A stretch of 64,000 nt of DNA from Clostridium sp. (GTDB taxonomy: Bacteria; Bacillota; Clostridia; Oscillospirales; Acutalibacteraceae): the NCBI GenBank assembly GCA_023663865.1, contig JAMPGU010000008.1, positions 715 to 64,714 of the forward strand. The letters run 5' to 3'. The translations under genes were made by a program, and so were the position numbers. Under the pieces are notes generated by a model. The model had not been told where the DNA came from and ran no database searches. It was given only the letters and a program-made list of their open reading frames with translations. The number at the start of each line of letters is the position of its first letter. Position 1 is the stretch's first letter. Shown here one piece after another: positions 24,977 to 35,885 of this stretch.

Positions 24977-26175
24977 GTAATAATGTCAGATACTGGCTTT
25001 GGCTGCAGAAGGCCTTGGGCGAGGGTGCAAATATCAGTAAAATTATTGCTGATTTCGGCTCAGCCAAGAACTTGTACGAGTCAAATATATTAGAGTGGAG
25101 AATGAGCTCCGGACTGACAGCAAGGCAGATAAACAAGCTGGAGCAGACGGATATTCACTCTGTTGATGAGATAATATATAACTGTGAGAAAAATAATTGG
25201 CAGATAATTGACTATGAGGATGATAAGTATCCCAACAGGTTAAAATCAATTATCAATCCTCCTGCCGTTTTATATGTTGACGGGGATTTGCCTGATATTG
25301 ATAATCTGGTTACAATCGGAATGGTCGGCACGCGTAAGGCGAGTGATTATTCCATTAAGGTTACGCATATTATGAGCAGAGGTGCAGTTGATGCCGGTGC
25401 GGTTATTGTCAGCGGCGGTGCGCTGGGTGTTGATACAGCTGCCCATAAGGGTGCGATTATGGCAGGCGGTAAAACAATTGCCGTTCTCGGCTGCGGACTT
25501 GGTACCAGTTATCTGAATCAGAATAAACCCCTTCGTGATACAATAAAGAAAAACGGTGCTTTGGTTACAGAATATCCGCCTTTTGCACGTGCAGCCAGAC
25601 ATACCTTCCCTATGAGAAACAGAATCATAAGCGGTTTGTCACTGGCAGTGCTTGTTGTTGAAGCGGGTGTAAAGAGCGGCAGCCTAATTACAGCCAATTA
25701 CGCTCTCGAGCATGGCAGAGATTTGTTTGCAATACCTGCCTCGGTGCTGTCTGCTGAATTTGCAGGCACAAATAAGCTGATTGATGATGGAGCGATGGTT
25801 GCAACTAAACCCATTCATCTTGTGCAGCCGTATGCGGAAAGGTTTGACAGCATTGATTTGTCCAAGGTGAAAAGCATCGAAGACTATATGAACGATACGA
25901 TGGATAAGAGCGCAAATATTCCCAAGGAAGCTGCTCCGAGCTTTGAAACCGTAAATGAAGACAGAGTAAAGCGCCTTGAGCAGGAGCGGACAGCTGCATC
26001 ATTAAACGGAAATCAATCCACAGTATATCATTGTTTAAATGACAGCTTTTGTCATATAGATTTAATCATAGAAAAATCCGGACTGCCCATCGGCAGTGTT
26101 ATGGCGTCACTGACCCAGCTGGAAATTATGGGGCTGGCTGTCAGCACCTCCGGTAAAAGATACAAGAAAGCCTGA
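24973..26175 (+). CDS. dprA: DNA-processing protein DprA (Smf)
   Basis: Motifs GMVGTRKASDY, SGGALGVDTAAHKGA and FPMRNRIISGLS. ATGA start/stop overlap with the preceding gene. Confidence 0.9.
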   Translation: MSNNVRYWLWLQKALGEGANISKIIADFGSAKNLYESNILEWRMSSGLTARQINKLEQTDIHSVDEIIYNCEKNNWQIIDYEDDKYPNRLKSIINPPAVLYVDGDLPDIDNLVTIGMVGTRKASDYSIKVTHIMSRGAVDAGAVIVSGGALGVDTAAHKGAIMAGGKTIAVLGCGLGTSYLNQNKPLRDTIKKNGALVTEYPPFARAARHTFPMRNRIISGLSLAVLVVEAGVKSGSLITANYALEHGRDLFAIPASVLSAEFAGTNKLIDDGAMVATKPIHLVQPYAERFDSIDLSKVKSIEDYMNDTMDKSANIPKEAAPSFETVNEDRVKRLEQERTAASLNGNQSTVYHCLNDSFCHIDLIIEKSGLPIGSVMASLTQLEIMGLAVSTSGKRYKKA

Positions 26176-26188
26176 AAGGAAAAAGAAT

Positions 26189-28291
26189 ATGTCAAAATTA
26201 GTAATTGTAGAGTCACCTGCAAAGGCAAAAAACATTAAGGGTTATTTAGGCAGGGGATATGATGTTATAGCTTCAATGGGTCATGTAAGGGATCTCCCTG
26301 CAGCAAGGCTCAGTGTTGATGTAGCAAATGACTTCGAGCCTAAATATGCGATTATTAAAGGCAAAGAAAATTTTGTAAAGGATTTAAAGAAAAAGGCAGA
26401 GGCTGCCGATTATGTGTACCTTGCAACTGACCCCGACCGTGAGGGAGAGGCAATTTCCTGGCACCTGGCTACACTGCTGGATTTGGATTTGAATGATAAA
26501 AACAGAGTAACCTTTAACGAGATTACAAAGACCGGTGTCAAAAACGGTATGGCACAGCCAAGAGCAATTGATATAGATTTTGTAAATGCACAGCAGGCAA
26601 GACGAATTCTTGACAGACTTATCGGCTATAAGCTGTCTCCGTTTATTTCACAGAAAATCAGACGCGGACTTTCTGCCGGAAGAGTACAGTCTGTAGCCCT
26701 CCGTCTTATCGTTGACCGAGAGGAAGAAATAAGAGCATTTAATCCTGAGGAATACTGGTCAATTGATGCAAAGTTTACCAATCCCCCTGAACGCAAGGTG
26801 TTCGGTGCTGCGATTGTCAGCAAGGATGGTGAAAAAATTAAAATTGAAAATAAAGAGCAGAGTGACAAAATTCTTTCTGATTTAGAGAATGCCGAGTATG
26901 TTGTAACTGCTGTAAAAAAAGGCAGCAGAAAGAAAAATCCGACACCGCCCTTTATTACATCAACACTCCAGCAGGAAGCATCCCGCCGTTTGTCTTTTCA
27001 GGCAAGACGTACTATGAAGGCTGCCCAGGAGCTTTATGAAGGTGTGGATGCCGGTGAGCTTGGCACAGTCGGTTTGATTACCTATATGAGAACAGACTCT
27101 CTTCGTATATCAGAGGATGCAAGAGCAGCCGGAAATCAGTATATTCTTGACACCTACGGCGAAAAGTATTTACCTAAAAAGCCCAGATATTATAAATCAA
27201 AGAGCAATATTCAGGATGGTCACGAGGCAATTAGACCTTCTATGCCGAACATAACACCGGATTCGGTTAAGCAGTATCTTACAAATGACCAGTATAAAAT
27301 TTACAAGCTGGTGTGGGAACGCTTTATTGCATCCTTAATGGAAGCCTGCCTGCAGGAAACGATGAAAATAGAAATTACCGCAAACGGTTATGTGTTCAAT
27401 GCAACAGGCTATACGGTTAAATTTGATGGCTTTACTGCCTTGTATGAGGAGAAGGGTGACGATGATAAAAGCAGTGATGCTGCTGCACCGCTTCCTGCTA
27501 CAGCAGTAGGAGATGTGCTGAAACTGAAAACAATTCTTGGCAACCAGCACTTTACACAGCCCCCTGCAAGATATACCGAGGCTTCCTTAACCAAAGCTCT
27601 TGAGGAGAATGGTGTCGGCCGTCCGTCAACCTATGTTACCATTACTTCAACGATTTTGAATCGTGAGTATGTTAAGCGTGAGGGAAAGCAGTTTGTTCCT
27701 ACCGAGCTTGGAGAGGCTGTTACCAATCTGCTTGAAGATAAGATGCCCAATATTGTAAATGTAAAGTATACCTCTAAAATGGAGGGTGATTTAGACAAGA
27801 TTGACAGCGGTGAAAAGGATTACAAGGAAATGATTAGGCTCTATTATGAGGAGTTTGAGAAGCCGCTGGAAAAAGCAAAGACAGAAATGCAGGGCGTTAA
27901 GATTAAGCTTAAAGAAGAGGAAACAGATGTTGTTTGCGAAAAATGCGGACGTAATATGATTATTAAGGTTGGCAGATTCGGCAAATTCCTTGCTTGTCCG
28001 GGATATCCGGACTGTAAAAATACAAAGCCGCTTGTGTATAAAACAAAGGCAAAATGTCCTGAGTGCGGCGGTGATGTTATTGAGAAAAAGACCAAGAAGG
28101 GTACTTCCTTCTTTGGCTGTTCAAATTATCCGAATTGTAACTTTATGACTTGGGATGCACCTTCGGATGAGGTTTGTCCAAAGTGCGGTAAGTCATTGTT
28201 TAAACGACGCGGCAATGTTCTTTATTGCCCGGATATAGAGGGCTGCGGCTTTACAAAGCCTGCACCGCGTAAAAAGAAAAGCGAAGAGTAA
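26189..28291 (+). CDS. topA: DNA topoisomerase I
   Basis: TOPRIM N-terminus LVIVESPAKAKNI, DPDREGEAISWH, active-site region ITYMRTDS, and C-terminal Cys4 zinc ribbons. Confidence 0.95.
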   Translation: MSKLVIVESPAKAKNIKGYLGRGYDVIASMGHVRDLPAARLSVDVANDFEPKYAIIKGKENFVKDLKKKAEAADYVYLATDPDREGEAISWHLATLLDLDLNDKNRVTFNEITKTGVKNGMAQPRAIDIDFVNAQQARRILDRLIGYKLSPFISQKIRRGLSAGRVQSVALRLIVDREEEIRAFNPEEYWSIDAKFTNPPERKVFGAAIVSKDGEKIKIENKEQSDKILSDLENAEYVVTAVKKGSRKKNPTPPFITSTLQQEASRRLSFQARRTMKAAQELYEGVDAGELGTVGLITYMRTDSLRISEDARAAGNQYILDTYGEKYLPKKPRYYKSKSNIQDGHEAIRPSMPNITPDSVKQYLTNDQYKIYKLVWERFIASLMEACLQETMKIEITANGYVFNATGYTVKFDGFTALYEEKGDDDKSSDAAAPLPATAVGDVLKLKTILGNQHFTQPPARYTEASLTKALEENGVGRPSTYVTITSTILNREYVKREGKQFVPTELGEAVTNLLEDKMPNIVNVKYTSKMEGDLDKIDSGEKDYKEMIRLYYEEFEKPLEKAKTEMQGVKIKLKEEETDVVCEKCGRNMIIKVGRFGKFLACPGYPDCKNTKPLVYKTKAKCPECGGDVIEKKTKKGTSFFGCSNYPNCNFMTWDAPSDEVCPKCGKSLFKRRGNVLYCPDIEGCGFTKPAPRKKKSEE

Positions 28292-28296
28292 TTGAT

Positions 28297-29610
28297 ATGA
28301 AGTTTAATGTTATTGGCGCCGGGCTTGCCGGTGTTGAGGCAGCGTGGCAGATTGCCGAGGCAGGATATAAGGTCAACCTGTTTGAAATGAAGGGGATAAA
28401 AAAATCACCTGCACATAAGACAGATTTGTTTGCTGAGCTTGTGTGCTCAAATTCACTGAAGGCAGCCCGCATAGACAGTGCGGCAGGTCTGCTGAAGGAA
28501 GAGATGGTTTTGCTGGGTTCGCTGACTGTTCCTGCGGCACGGGAATGTGCTGTGGCAGCAGGCGGGGCTTTGGCAGTAGACAGAAATATTTTTTCTCAGA
28601 CTGTGACAGATAAAATTAAGTCCCACCCGAATATCCATGTTATAACTGAGGTTGTTGAAAAGATTGAGGTCGGCGATGATATAATCAATATTGTTGCTAC
28701 AGGGCCGTTGACGGACGGTGTTCTTGCCGAAAACATCAAAGCTCTTACAGGAGACTATTTGTCCTTTTATGATGCGGCAGCACCAATTGTTACTGCCGAC
28801 AGCGTTGATATGACAAAGGCATTTGGTGCTTCCCGTTACGGAAGAGGCGGTGAGGATGATTATATCAATTGTCCGTTTAATAAAGCAGAGTATGAAGCCT
28901 TTATTGACGAACTGATTTCCGCTGAAGGTGCAGTCGTACACGACTTTGATGTTTACGAGGGCTGTATGCCTATTGAAAAGCTGGCAAAGCGCGGAAGAGA
29001 TGCGGCACGCTTTGGTCCGATGAAGCCTGTTGGATTGGTTGACCCGAACACAGGCCACAGACCCTGGGCGTGTGTTCAGCTGAGAAGAGAGAATGCAAAA
29101 GGTACAATGTTCAATCTTGTGGGCTTTCAGACAAATTTAAAGTTTGGTGAGCAAAAGCGTGTCTTTTCTATGATACCGGGACTGGAGAATGCAGAATTTG
29201 TGCGATATGGTGTTATGCACAGGAATTCCTTTTTGAATTCGCCGAAGCTGCTGAATCCGGATTTTAGTCTCAGAAGTAACGAAAATATATATTTTGCAGG
29301 TCAGATTACAGGCGTTGAGGGGTATATGGAATCCGCCTCAAGCGGTATTATGGCAGGTATTAATGCAGTTAGAAAAGCAGAGGGGAAAATACCATTCGTG
29401 CTTAAAGAGGACACAATGATTGGTGCATTATGTGCTTATATCAGTGATGAAAGTGTGAAGAATTTTCAGCCGATGGGTGCAAACTTTGGTGTGCTTCCTC
29501 CTATTGAGCCGAAAATAAGAGACAAGAGAGAACGCTATATGGCTCTTGCAGAAAGGGCTGTACACTCTCTGAAATCAAGCTTGAGTGAAAGCTTTGGGGA
29601 GAATATGTGA
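28297..29610 (+). CDS. trmFO: methylenetetrahydrofolate--tRNA-(uracil-5-)-methyltransferase
   Basis: FAD fold VIGAGLAGVEAAWQ and LVCSNSLK. dprA-topA-trmFO synteny matches Bacillus. Confidence 0.93.
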   Translation: MKFNVIGAGLAGVEAAWQIAEAGYKVNLFEMKGIKKSPAHKTDLFAELVCSNSLKAARIDSAAGLLKEEMVLLGSLTVPAARECAVAAGGALAVDRNIFSQTVTDKIKSHPNIHVITEVVEKIEVGDDIINIVATGPLTDGVLAENIKALTGDYLSFYDAAAPIVTADSVDMTKAFGASRYGRGGEDDYINCPFNKAEYEAFIDELISAEGAVVHDFDVYEGCMPIEKLAKRGRDAARFGPMKPVGLVDPNTGHRPWACVQLRRENAKGTMFNLVGFQTNLKFGEQKRVFSMIPGLENAEFVRYGVMHRNSFLNSPKLLNPDFSLRSNENIYFAGQITGVEGYMESASSGIMAGINAVRKAEGKIPFVLKEDTMIGALCAYISDESVKNFQPMGANFGVLPPIEPKIRDKRERYMALAERAVHSLKSSLSESFGENM

Positions 29611-30602
29611 TGAAAATTATTGTTGATGCATTAGGCGGGGACAATGCTCCTCTTGAAATTATAAAGGGTACAATGCAGGCTGTTGACGAATATGGTATAA
29701 CGGCTGTATTGGTCGGAGATGAAAATAAAATCAATACGTGTATTGAAGAAAATCATATCACGCTGAAAAATACAGAAATCGTTGATGCCAAAGAAGTGAT
29801 TACAATGCACGATGACGCAAAGTCCGTGCTTAAAGCAAAGGCGGACTCTTCAATGGCAGTAGGCTTTAAGCTGCTCAGCGAGAATAAGGGTGATGCTTTT
29901 GTCAGTGCAGGAAATACAGGTGCAATCACTGTGGGCGCAACCTTAATCACCAAACGTATTAAGGGTGTGAAGCGACCTGCCATTGCTTCCATTATGCCCA
30001 GTGCAGATAAGCCTTTTTTGTTAATGGACTGTGGTGCAAATGCCGAATGCAGACCTGAATTTTTAAAGCAGTTTGGTTTGCTTGGAAGTCTTTATATGAA
30101 GCATATTATGAAGGTGGATAATCCAAGAGTAGCCCTTGCCAATAATGGCGAAGAGGAAACGAAGGGTACACCTGTAATTAAGGATGCTTATGCACTTATG
30201 AAATCTGCCAATTATAATTTCATCGGTAATATTGAGGGCAGACAAATTCCTTTTGGTGATGCGGATGTTGTTGTTGCAGACGGTTTCACAGGAAATTTAA
30301 TTTTAAAAACATATGAGGGTGTTGCCAAGGTGCTTATGAACGGTATTAAGGCAGCCTTTATGAAAAATACATTATCTAAGCTTTCTTATCTTGGTGTTCG
30401 ATCAGGCATTAATGATATGAAAAAGCAGTTTGATTATAAAGAATATGGCGGAGCTGTGCTGCTTGGCGTGAAAAAGCCGGTCATCAAAGCCCATGGTTCT
30501 TCTGATGCACGTACATTTAAAAATGCAATCAGGCAGGCAATATGGTTTTTAGAAAATAATCTAATTGAAATCATTGAAAAAGAGTTAAAGGAAGTAGAAT
30601 AG
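29610..30602 (+). CDS. plsX: phosphate acyltransferase
   Basis: Motifs MKIIVDALGGDNAP, SAGNTGA and ADGFTGN. ATG at 29610 overlaps the trmFO stop. Confidence 0.93.
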   Translation: MKIIVDALGGDNAPLEIIKGTMQAVDEYGITAVLVGDENKINTCIEENHITLKNTEIVDAKEVITMHDDAKSVLKAKADSSMAVGFKLLSENKGDAFVSAGNTGAITVGATLITKRIKGVKRPAIASIMPSADKPFLLMDCGANAECRPEFLKQFGLLGSLYMKHIMKVDNPRVALANNGEEETKGTPVIKDAYALMKSANYNFIGNIEGRQIPFGDADVVVADGFTGNLILKTYEGVAKVLMNGIKAAFMKNTLSKLSYLGVRSGINDMKKQFDYKEYGGAVLLGVKKPVIKAHGSSDARTFKNAIRQAIWFLENNLIEIIEKELKEVE

Positions 30603-31273
30603 TGAAAGCTCTTGAAAAGCGAATTGGCTATAGTTTTAAGAATAAAGAATATTTGATGGAAGCACTGACCCATTCCTCCTTTGCAAACGAAAGGCACAAT
30701 GGAATTAAATGTAACGAGAGAATGGAATTTTTAGGCGATGCAGTGCTGTCTATTATTTCAGCAGAGTTTTTATATGAAAAATATCCGGATATGCCCGAGG
30801 GTGAGCTGTCTAAGCTGCGTTCCTCCCTTGTTTGTACGGATAGTCTTTCAGGCTTTGCAAGAGAAATTATGCTGGGTAGTGCCTTGTTCTTGGGTAAAGG
30901 CGAATCCAATACCGGAGGGGCAGAAAGACCTTCTATTCTTGAAAATGCCTTTGAAGCCCTGATTGCAGCTATTTATCTTGACGGCGGTATGGACAGTGCA
31001 AAAAAATTTGTACTTCGTTTTCTTTCAAAAACGCTTGAAACAAAGCAAATCAGTTTTAAGGATTATAAGACTACACTGCAGGAGGTTGTGCAGCAGAATC
31101 CGGATGAAAGTGTAACCTATGTTCTTGTGGGTGAAAGCGGTCCGGATCATAATAAAACCTTTGAGGTGGAGGTTCATCTCAATTCAAATGTAATCGGAAG
31201 AGGTAAGGGTAGAAGTAAAAAGAGTGCTGAGCAGGAGGCTGCCAAGGAAGCACTTACCCTGATGGGATTATGA
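30602..31273 (+). CDS. rnc: ribonuclease III
   Basis: GTG start overlapping the plsX stop. Signature ERMEFLGDAVL and a C-terminal dsRBD (KSKKSAEQEAAKEAL). Confidence 0.93.
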   Translation: MKALEKRIGYSFKNKEYLMEALTHSSFANERHNGIKCNERMEFLGDAVLSIISAEFLYEKYPDMPEGELSKLRSSLVCTDSLSGFAREIMLGSALFLGKGESNTGGAERPSILENAFEALIAAIYLDGGMDSAKKFVLRFLSKTLETKQISFKDYKTTLQEVVQQNPDESVTYVLVGESGPDHNKTFEVEVHLNSNVIGRGKGRSKKSAEQEAAKEALTLMGL

Positions 31274-32241
31274 AAAAAGGAAATATAAGTATTTTTGTTC
31301 CTCATCAAGGCTGTCCCTGTCAGTGCAGCTTTTGCAATCAGCATACAATTACCGGACAGGAAAAGGCTCCGAATGGTGAGGATGTAAAAAGAGCAGTGGA
31401 GACCGCATTAAAGCGAAAAGGCTTTACGTATGAAATTGCTTTTTTCGGCGGCTCGTTTACTGCAATCAATCGTGATTATATGACTGCACTTCTTGAAGCA
31501 GCTTATCCATATGTCAAAAGCGGTAAGGTGAATGGAATTCGTATTTCCACCAGACCGGATTGTATTGACGAAGAGGTTTTAAATATATTAATGCAGTACG
31601 GTGTTACCAGTATTGAGCTTGGTGCACAGAGTATGGATGACGAGGTGCTGGAGGCGAACAGACGGGGACATACAAGTGCGGATGTTATAAAGGCCTCTGC
31701 ATTAATCAAGTCCTTTGGCTTTGAGCTTGGACTGCAGATGATGACAGGGCTTTATATGGATACTGAGGATAAAGCAGTAAAAACCGCTGAAAAAATTATT
31801 GCGCTGAAGCCGGATACAATTCGTATTTATCCTACTGTCGTACTGAAAGGTACATATCTTGCAGAGCTTTATAAGGCTGAACAGTACAAGCCGCTGAATG
31901 CATTTGATTCGGCAGAGCTTTGTGCGAAGCTTGTGCCTATGTTTGAAGCTGCCGAAATTAAAATTATAAGGCTCGGACTTCATTCCAGCGAGGATATCAA
32001 AAGAAATATGCTTGCAGGCGGCTTTCACGACAGCTTTGGTGAGCTGGTGAAATCAAGACTTATGGTGGAAAAAATTCTCGCCCTGCCGCCCGGTGATTAT
32101 CAGGTGTTTGTCAATCCCAAATCACTGTCTAAGCTAAAGGGCAATAATAAAAGCAATATCTATCTCCTTATGGAAAGGGGATATAACATAAAAATTATAA
32201 CCGACAATGGCGTTGCTATTGATGAATTGAGGATTAAATAA
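31270..32241 (+). CDS. radical SAM protein (ELP3/coproporphyrinogen-oxidase-like fold)
   Basis: The Cx3Cx2C cluster lies within GCPCQCSFCNQ. ATGA overlap with rnc. Confidence 0.8.
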   Translation: MKKGNISIFVPHQGCPCQCSFCNQHTITGQEKAPNGEDVKRAVETALKRKGFTYEIAFFGGSFTAINRDYMTALLEAAYPYVKSGKVNGIRISTRPDCIDEEVLNILMQYGVTSIELGAQSMDDEVLEANRRGHTSADVIKASALIKSFGFELGLQMMTGLYMDTEDKAVKTAEKIIALKPDTIRIYPTVVLKGTYLAELYKAEQYKPLNAFDSAELCAKLVPMFEAAEIKIIRLGLHSSEDIKRNMLAGGFHDSFGELVKSRLMVEKILALPPGDYQVFVNPKSLSKLKGNNKSNIYLLMERGYNIKIITDNGVAIDELRIK

Positions 32242-35200
32242 TGGTTTTAAGAACACTGGAAATGCAGGGATTTAAATCCTTTCCTGACAGAACGGAATTG
32301 AATTTTGGTAAAGGTATTACTGCAGTAGTAGGACCCAATGGTTCAGGTAAAAGTAATATTTCGGATGCTGTTCGCTGGGTGCTTGGCGAAACCAGCACGA
32401 AGTCACTTCGTGGTTCAAAGATGGAGGATGTTATTTTTGGAGGTACTTCCTCACGTAAAGCCCTTGGCTTTGCCCAGGTACAGCTTACTTTGGATAACAG
32501 TGACGGAACATTAAAGGACAAGGGTGAGATTGTTACTGTAAGCCGACGTTACTACCGTTCGGGTGAAAGTGAATATAAAATAGACGGTGAGCAGGTACGA
32601 CGCCGTGATATCCACGAGCTGTTTATGGATACCGGTCTCGGCTCAGATGGCTACTCTATGGTAGGGCAGGGTAAGATTGACTCTATCATTTCTCAAAAAA
32701 ATGAGGACAGACGTGAGCTGTTTGAAGAGGCTGCAGGTATTTCTCTTTTCCGTCATAAAAGGACAGATGCCACACGCAGACTGGATCAGGCACAGGAAAA
32801 TCTGGTAAGACTTCTTGACATATTGGGCGAGCTGGAAAATCGTGTCGGTCCTCTTAAAAAGCAGAGCGAAAAGGCAGCACAGTTTTTAGAGCTGAGCGAA
32901 GAAAAAAAGACACTTGAAATCGGTGTATGGATAAATAAAATCAATCGTTTTACCAATGAGCTCAGAGAGCAGGAGCATAAAATTGATGCCGCCAATGCTT
33001 CCTACGAGGTTTGCGAAAAGGATTTGTCAGCCATTGAAAACGAGATAGAGGAAGTTATTGAAAAAACAGCGAAAATTAATACAGAAATAGAGCAAATCCG
33101 TATTAGCGCCAAGGGCTTTGAGGAGGAGGCACTGCGTAAGGATGGTGAAGCCTCTGTATTGAAAAAGACCCTTGAGCATAATAATGAAACGATAGAGAGA
33201 TTTAAAAATGATATTGGCGATGTGGGCAGTACAAATACCTCTATTGATGCCCAGATTTATGAAAAAAAGCAGTTGATAGCAGATAATGAAATTAAGCTTG
33301 AGGATAAGAGAAAAGCGCTTAAAGCCGTAACGGATGAGATGGAAAGCCTTGTTTCATCAAACGAAGCCTTTTCAAAGCTGACAGTAGAGCTTAATAAAAA
33401 AATCACCTCCTTAACCTTAGAGCTGTCAGACTGTAAGGTTAAATGCTCGCAGGCCTTATCCTCCATTGAGGAAATCAACTCTCGAAGAAATATTGTTGAT
33501 GAAGCGATTGCACATTGTGACAAAGAGGTAGAAATTGCCCGGTCACAGAAGCAGGAGAGCGAGGATAATCTGAAATTCCTGCAGGACAGAATTGATGAAA
33601 ATAACAATTCTCTTTCAGGTCACAAGCTGATTGTTGAAAGAAAAACAGCCGGTGCTGAAAAAATCAAGTCCGACTTGGAAAAAGCAAATCTGGAATATTC
33701 CCAAAAGCAGTCCAGAATGAAGATGCTTATTGACCTGGAAAAGAATATGGAAGGCTTTTCGGGTGCAGTAAAATCCGTTATGAAGCAGGCACAGAATAAG
33801 GCACTGTCAGGTATACACGGTCCTCTTTCTCAGCTGATAACGGTTGATAAGGAATACTCCGTTGCTGTTGAGGTTGCACTTGGTGCGGCAATGCAGAACA
33901 TTGTTACAACCAATGAGGCAGATGCCAAGCGTGCTATATATTACCTGAAGAATAATAAGCTGGGCAGAGCAACCTTTCTTCCCGTTTCTGCCATAAAGCC
34001 GAGAACGCTGGACGAAAAGGATTTGGATGATAATTTCGGTTTTGTTGCCATTGCGTCAGATCTGGTGGAATGTAAAAGTGAATACAAAAATATTATCTCA
34101 AATCTTCTCGGCAGAGTTGTTATTGTAGACGATATGGATTGCGCTATAGGCATAGCCAAGAGATATAATAATCGCTTTAAGCTGGTAACCATTGACGGAC
34201 AGGTTATAAATCCGGGCGGTTCTATGACCGGTGGTTCGCAGTCAAGAGGTGCGGGTATTCTGTCACGAGGCAATCAAATTGAGGAGCTTGGTGCTGAGGC
34301 GAAGAAGCTGGAAGCCGTGATTGAAAAGCTGAAAGCTGAGTTTAAAACAGCTGTTGAGGAGGCAAATTATGCCGCTGCAAAACTGCAGGGAGCAGAGGTG
34401 GATATGCAGCAGGCTAAGGAAGAGCTTATCCGTGCACAGGGTGAGCACAGACTTATTGAAGAAAAACTGGATGCGGCTGCTGCACAGCGTGACAGTCTTA
34501 CGGCTGAAAAGAATAATGCAGAGGAAAGAATTTCTGCATTTCATAAAATAAATGCAGAGGGCGAGGCCGAGGTAAAGGCTATTGAGGAAAAAATAGCAGA
34601 CGCTGAAAAGGCACTGGCTCAAACCTCAGGAGATGCTGAGGAGATATCTGCTAAGCGTGAAGAATACAGACTGAAAAACGAGCAGATTAATCTGGAGCTT
34701 GTGGCAATTGCAAAAGATACAGAGGCTGCAAGAATTTCTATTGATGAGCTTGAATTCCGTAAAAGCTCTCAGTCCGAAAGAGCGAAGTCTATAGAAGAGG
34801 ATATCAAACTGATTGAGGAGCGAAATGCCGGATTAACCGAAACAATCAATCAGGTTATGGCACAGGCACAGGCACTGAGAGATAAGGCAGAGCTTTCAAA
34901 TCAGAATATTTCAAAGCAAATTGAGGAACGTGACGCCTGTGAGAAGCGTGCAACTGAGCTTCGTGTTCTTGAGCGTAACAAAGGGCAGGAGAGAGAAAAG
35001 CTGTCAGGTGAACTGGTTCGTCTCGACGAACGCAAGATTGCTATGCGTAAAGAGTATGACGAACTCAATGATATGCTTTTTGAACAGTATGAGCTTACCA
35101 AGCGTGAGGCAGAGGCACTTAATATTGAGATTGGTGATATGACTGAGGCGAAAAAATGTCTGCACGAAATCAAGGTTGCAATTAAGGGCTTAGGCTCAAT

Positions 35201-35813
35201 CAATGTTGGTGCGATTGAGGAATATAAGGAAGTATCTGAAAGATATGAATTCCTGAAAGAGCAGATTGACGATATCGAAAAATCAAAAAGTGAGCTTCTT
35301 AAAATCATTGAAGATTTGACTGCATCTATGAGCGAAAAGTTTATGGATAAATTCAATAAGATTAATGAAGAATTTAAGGTGTGCTTTGCTGATTTCTTCG
35401 GCGGCGGTAAAGGCGAAATTGTTCTTGAACAGCCGGATAATTGTCTTGAATCCGCAATAGAAATCAAAATTCAGCCACCCGGAAAATCCGTTCAGAATAT
35501 CAATCTGTTTTCCGGCGGTGAAAAGTCACTTGCGGCTATGGCCTTGCTGTTCAGTGTGCTCAAGGTACAGCCGGCTCCGTTCTGTATCTATGATGAGGTT
35601 GAGGCTGCACTTGATGATGTTAATGTTGAAAGATTTGCAAAGTATATGCGTAAAATGACTGACCGAACACAGTTTATCTCTATAACCCACAGACGCGGCA
35701 CAATGGAGGAGGCAGATGTTCTCTATGGTGTTACGATGCAGGAAAAGGGTGTATCCAAGCTTATTGAGCTGCAGACCGCTGAGCTGGCTGCTAAAATGGG
35801 ACTGGAAGAGTAA
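32241..35813 (+). CDS. smc: chromosome segregation protein SMC
   Basis: 1190 aa. Walker A GPNGSGKSN, long coiled coils, hinge, signature LSGGEKSL and Walker B FCIYDEVEAALD. Confidence 0.95.
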   Translation: MVLRTLEMQGFKSFPDRTELNFGKGITAVVGPNGSGKSNISDAVRWVLGETSTKSLRGSKMEDVIFGGTSSRKALGFAQVQLTLDNSDGTLKDKGEIVTVSRRYYRSGESEYKIDGEQVRRRDIHELFMDTGLGSDGYSMVGQGKIDSIISQKNEDRRELFEEAAGISLFRHKRTDATRRLDQAQENLVRLLDILGELENRVGPLKKQSEKAAQFLELSEEKKTLEIGVWINKINRFTNELREQEHKIDAANASYEVCEKDLSAIENEIEEVIEKTAKINTEIEQIRISAKGFEEEALRKDGEASVLKKTLEHNNETIERFKNDIGDVGSTNTSIDAQIYEKKQLIADNEIKLEDKRKALKAVTDEMESLVSSNEAFSKLTVELNKKITSLTLELSDCKVKCSQALSSIEEINSRRNIVDEAIAHCDKEVEIARSQKQESEDNLKFLQDRIDENNNSLSGHKLIVERKTAGAEKIKSDLEKANLEYSQKQSRMKMLIDLEKNMEGFSGAVKSVMKQAQNKALSGIHGPLSQLITVDKEYSVAVEVALGAAMQNIVTTNEADAKRAIYYLKNNKLGRATFLPVSAIKPRTLDEKDLDDNFGFVAIASDLVECKSEYKNIISNLLGRVVIVDDMDCAIGIAKRYNNRFKLVTIDGQVINPGGSMTGGSQSRGAGILSRGNQIEELGAEAKKLEAVIEKLKAEFKTAVEEANYAAAKLQGAEVDMQQAKEELIRAQGEHRLIEEKLDAAAAQRDSLTAEKNNAEERISAFHKINAEGEAEVKAIEEKIADAEKALAQTSGDAEEISAKREEYRLKNEQINLELVAIAKDTEAARISIDELEFRKSSQSERAKSIEEDIKLIEERNAGLTETINQVMAQAQALRDKAELSNQNISKQIEERDACEKRATELRVLERNKGQEREKLSGELVRLDERKIAMRKEYDELNDMLFEQYELTKREAEALNIEIGDMTEAKKCLHEIKVAIKGLGSINVGAIEEYKEVSERYEFLKEQIDDIEKSKSELLKIIEDLTASMSEKFMDKFNKINEEFKVCFADFFGGGKGEIVLEQPDNCLESAIEIKIQPPGKSVQNINLFSGGEKSLAAMALLFSVLKVQPAPFCIYDEVEAALDDVNVERFAKYMRKMTDRTQFISITHRRGTMEEADVLYGVTMQEKGVSKLIELQTAELAAKMGLEE

Positions 35814-35885
35814 GAAATCGGCGGTATTCATATTTTTGAATGAAGATGTATTCTCTGTTCAAATCTACTGAAAGGAAGTGTTGTT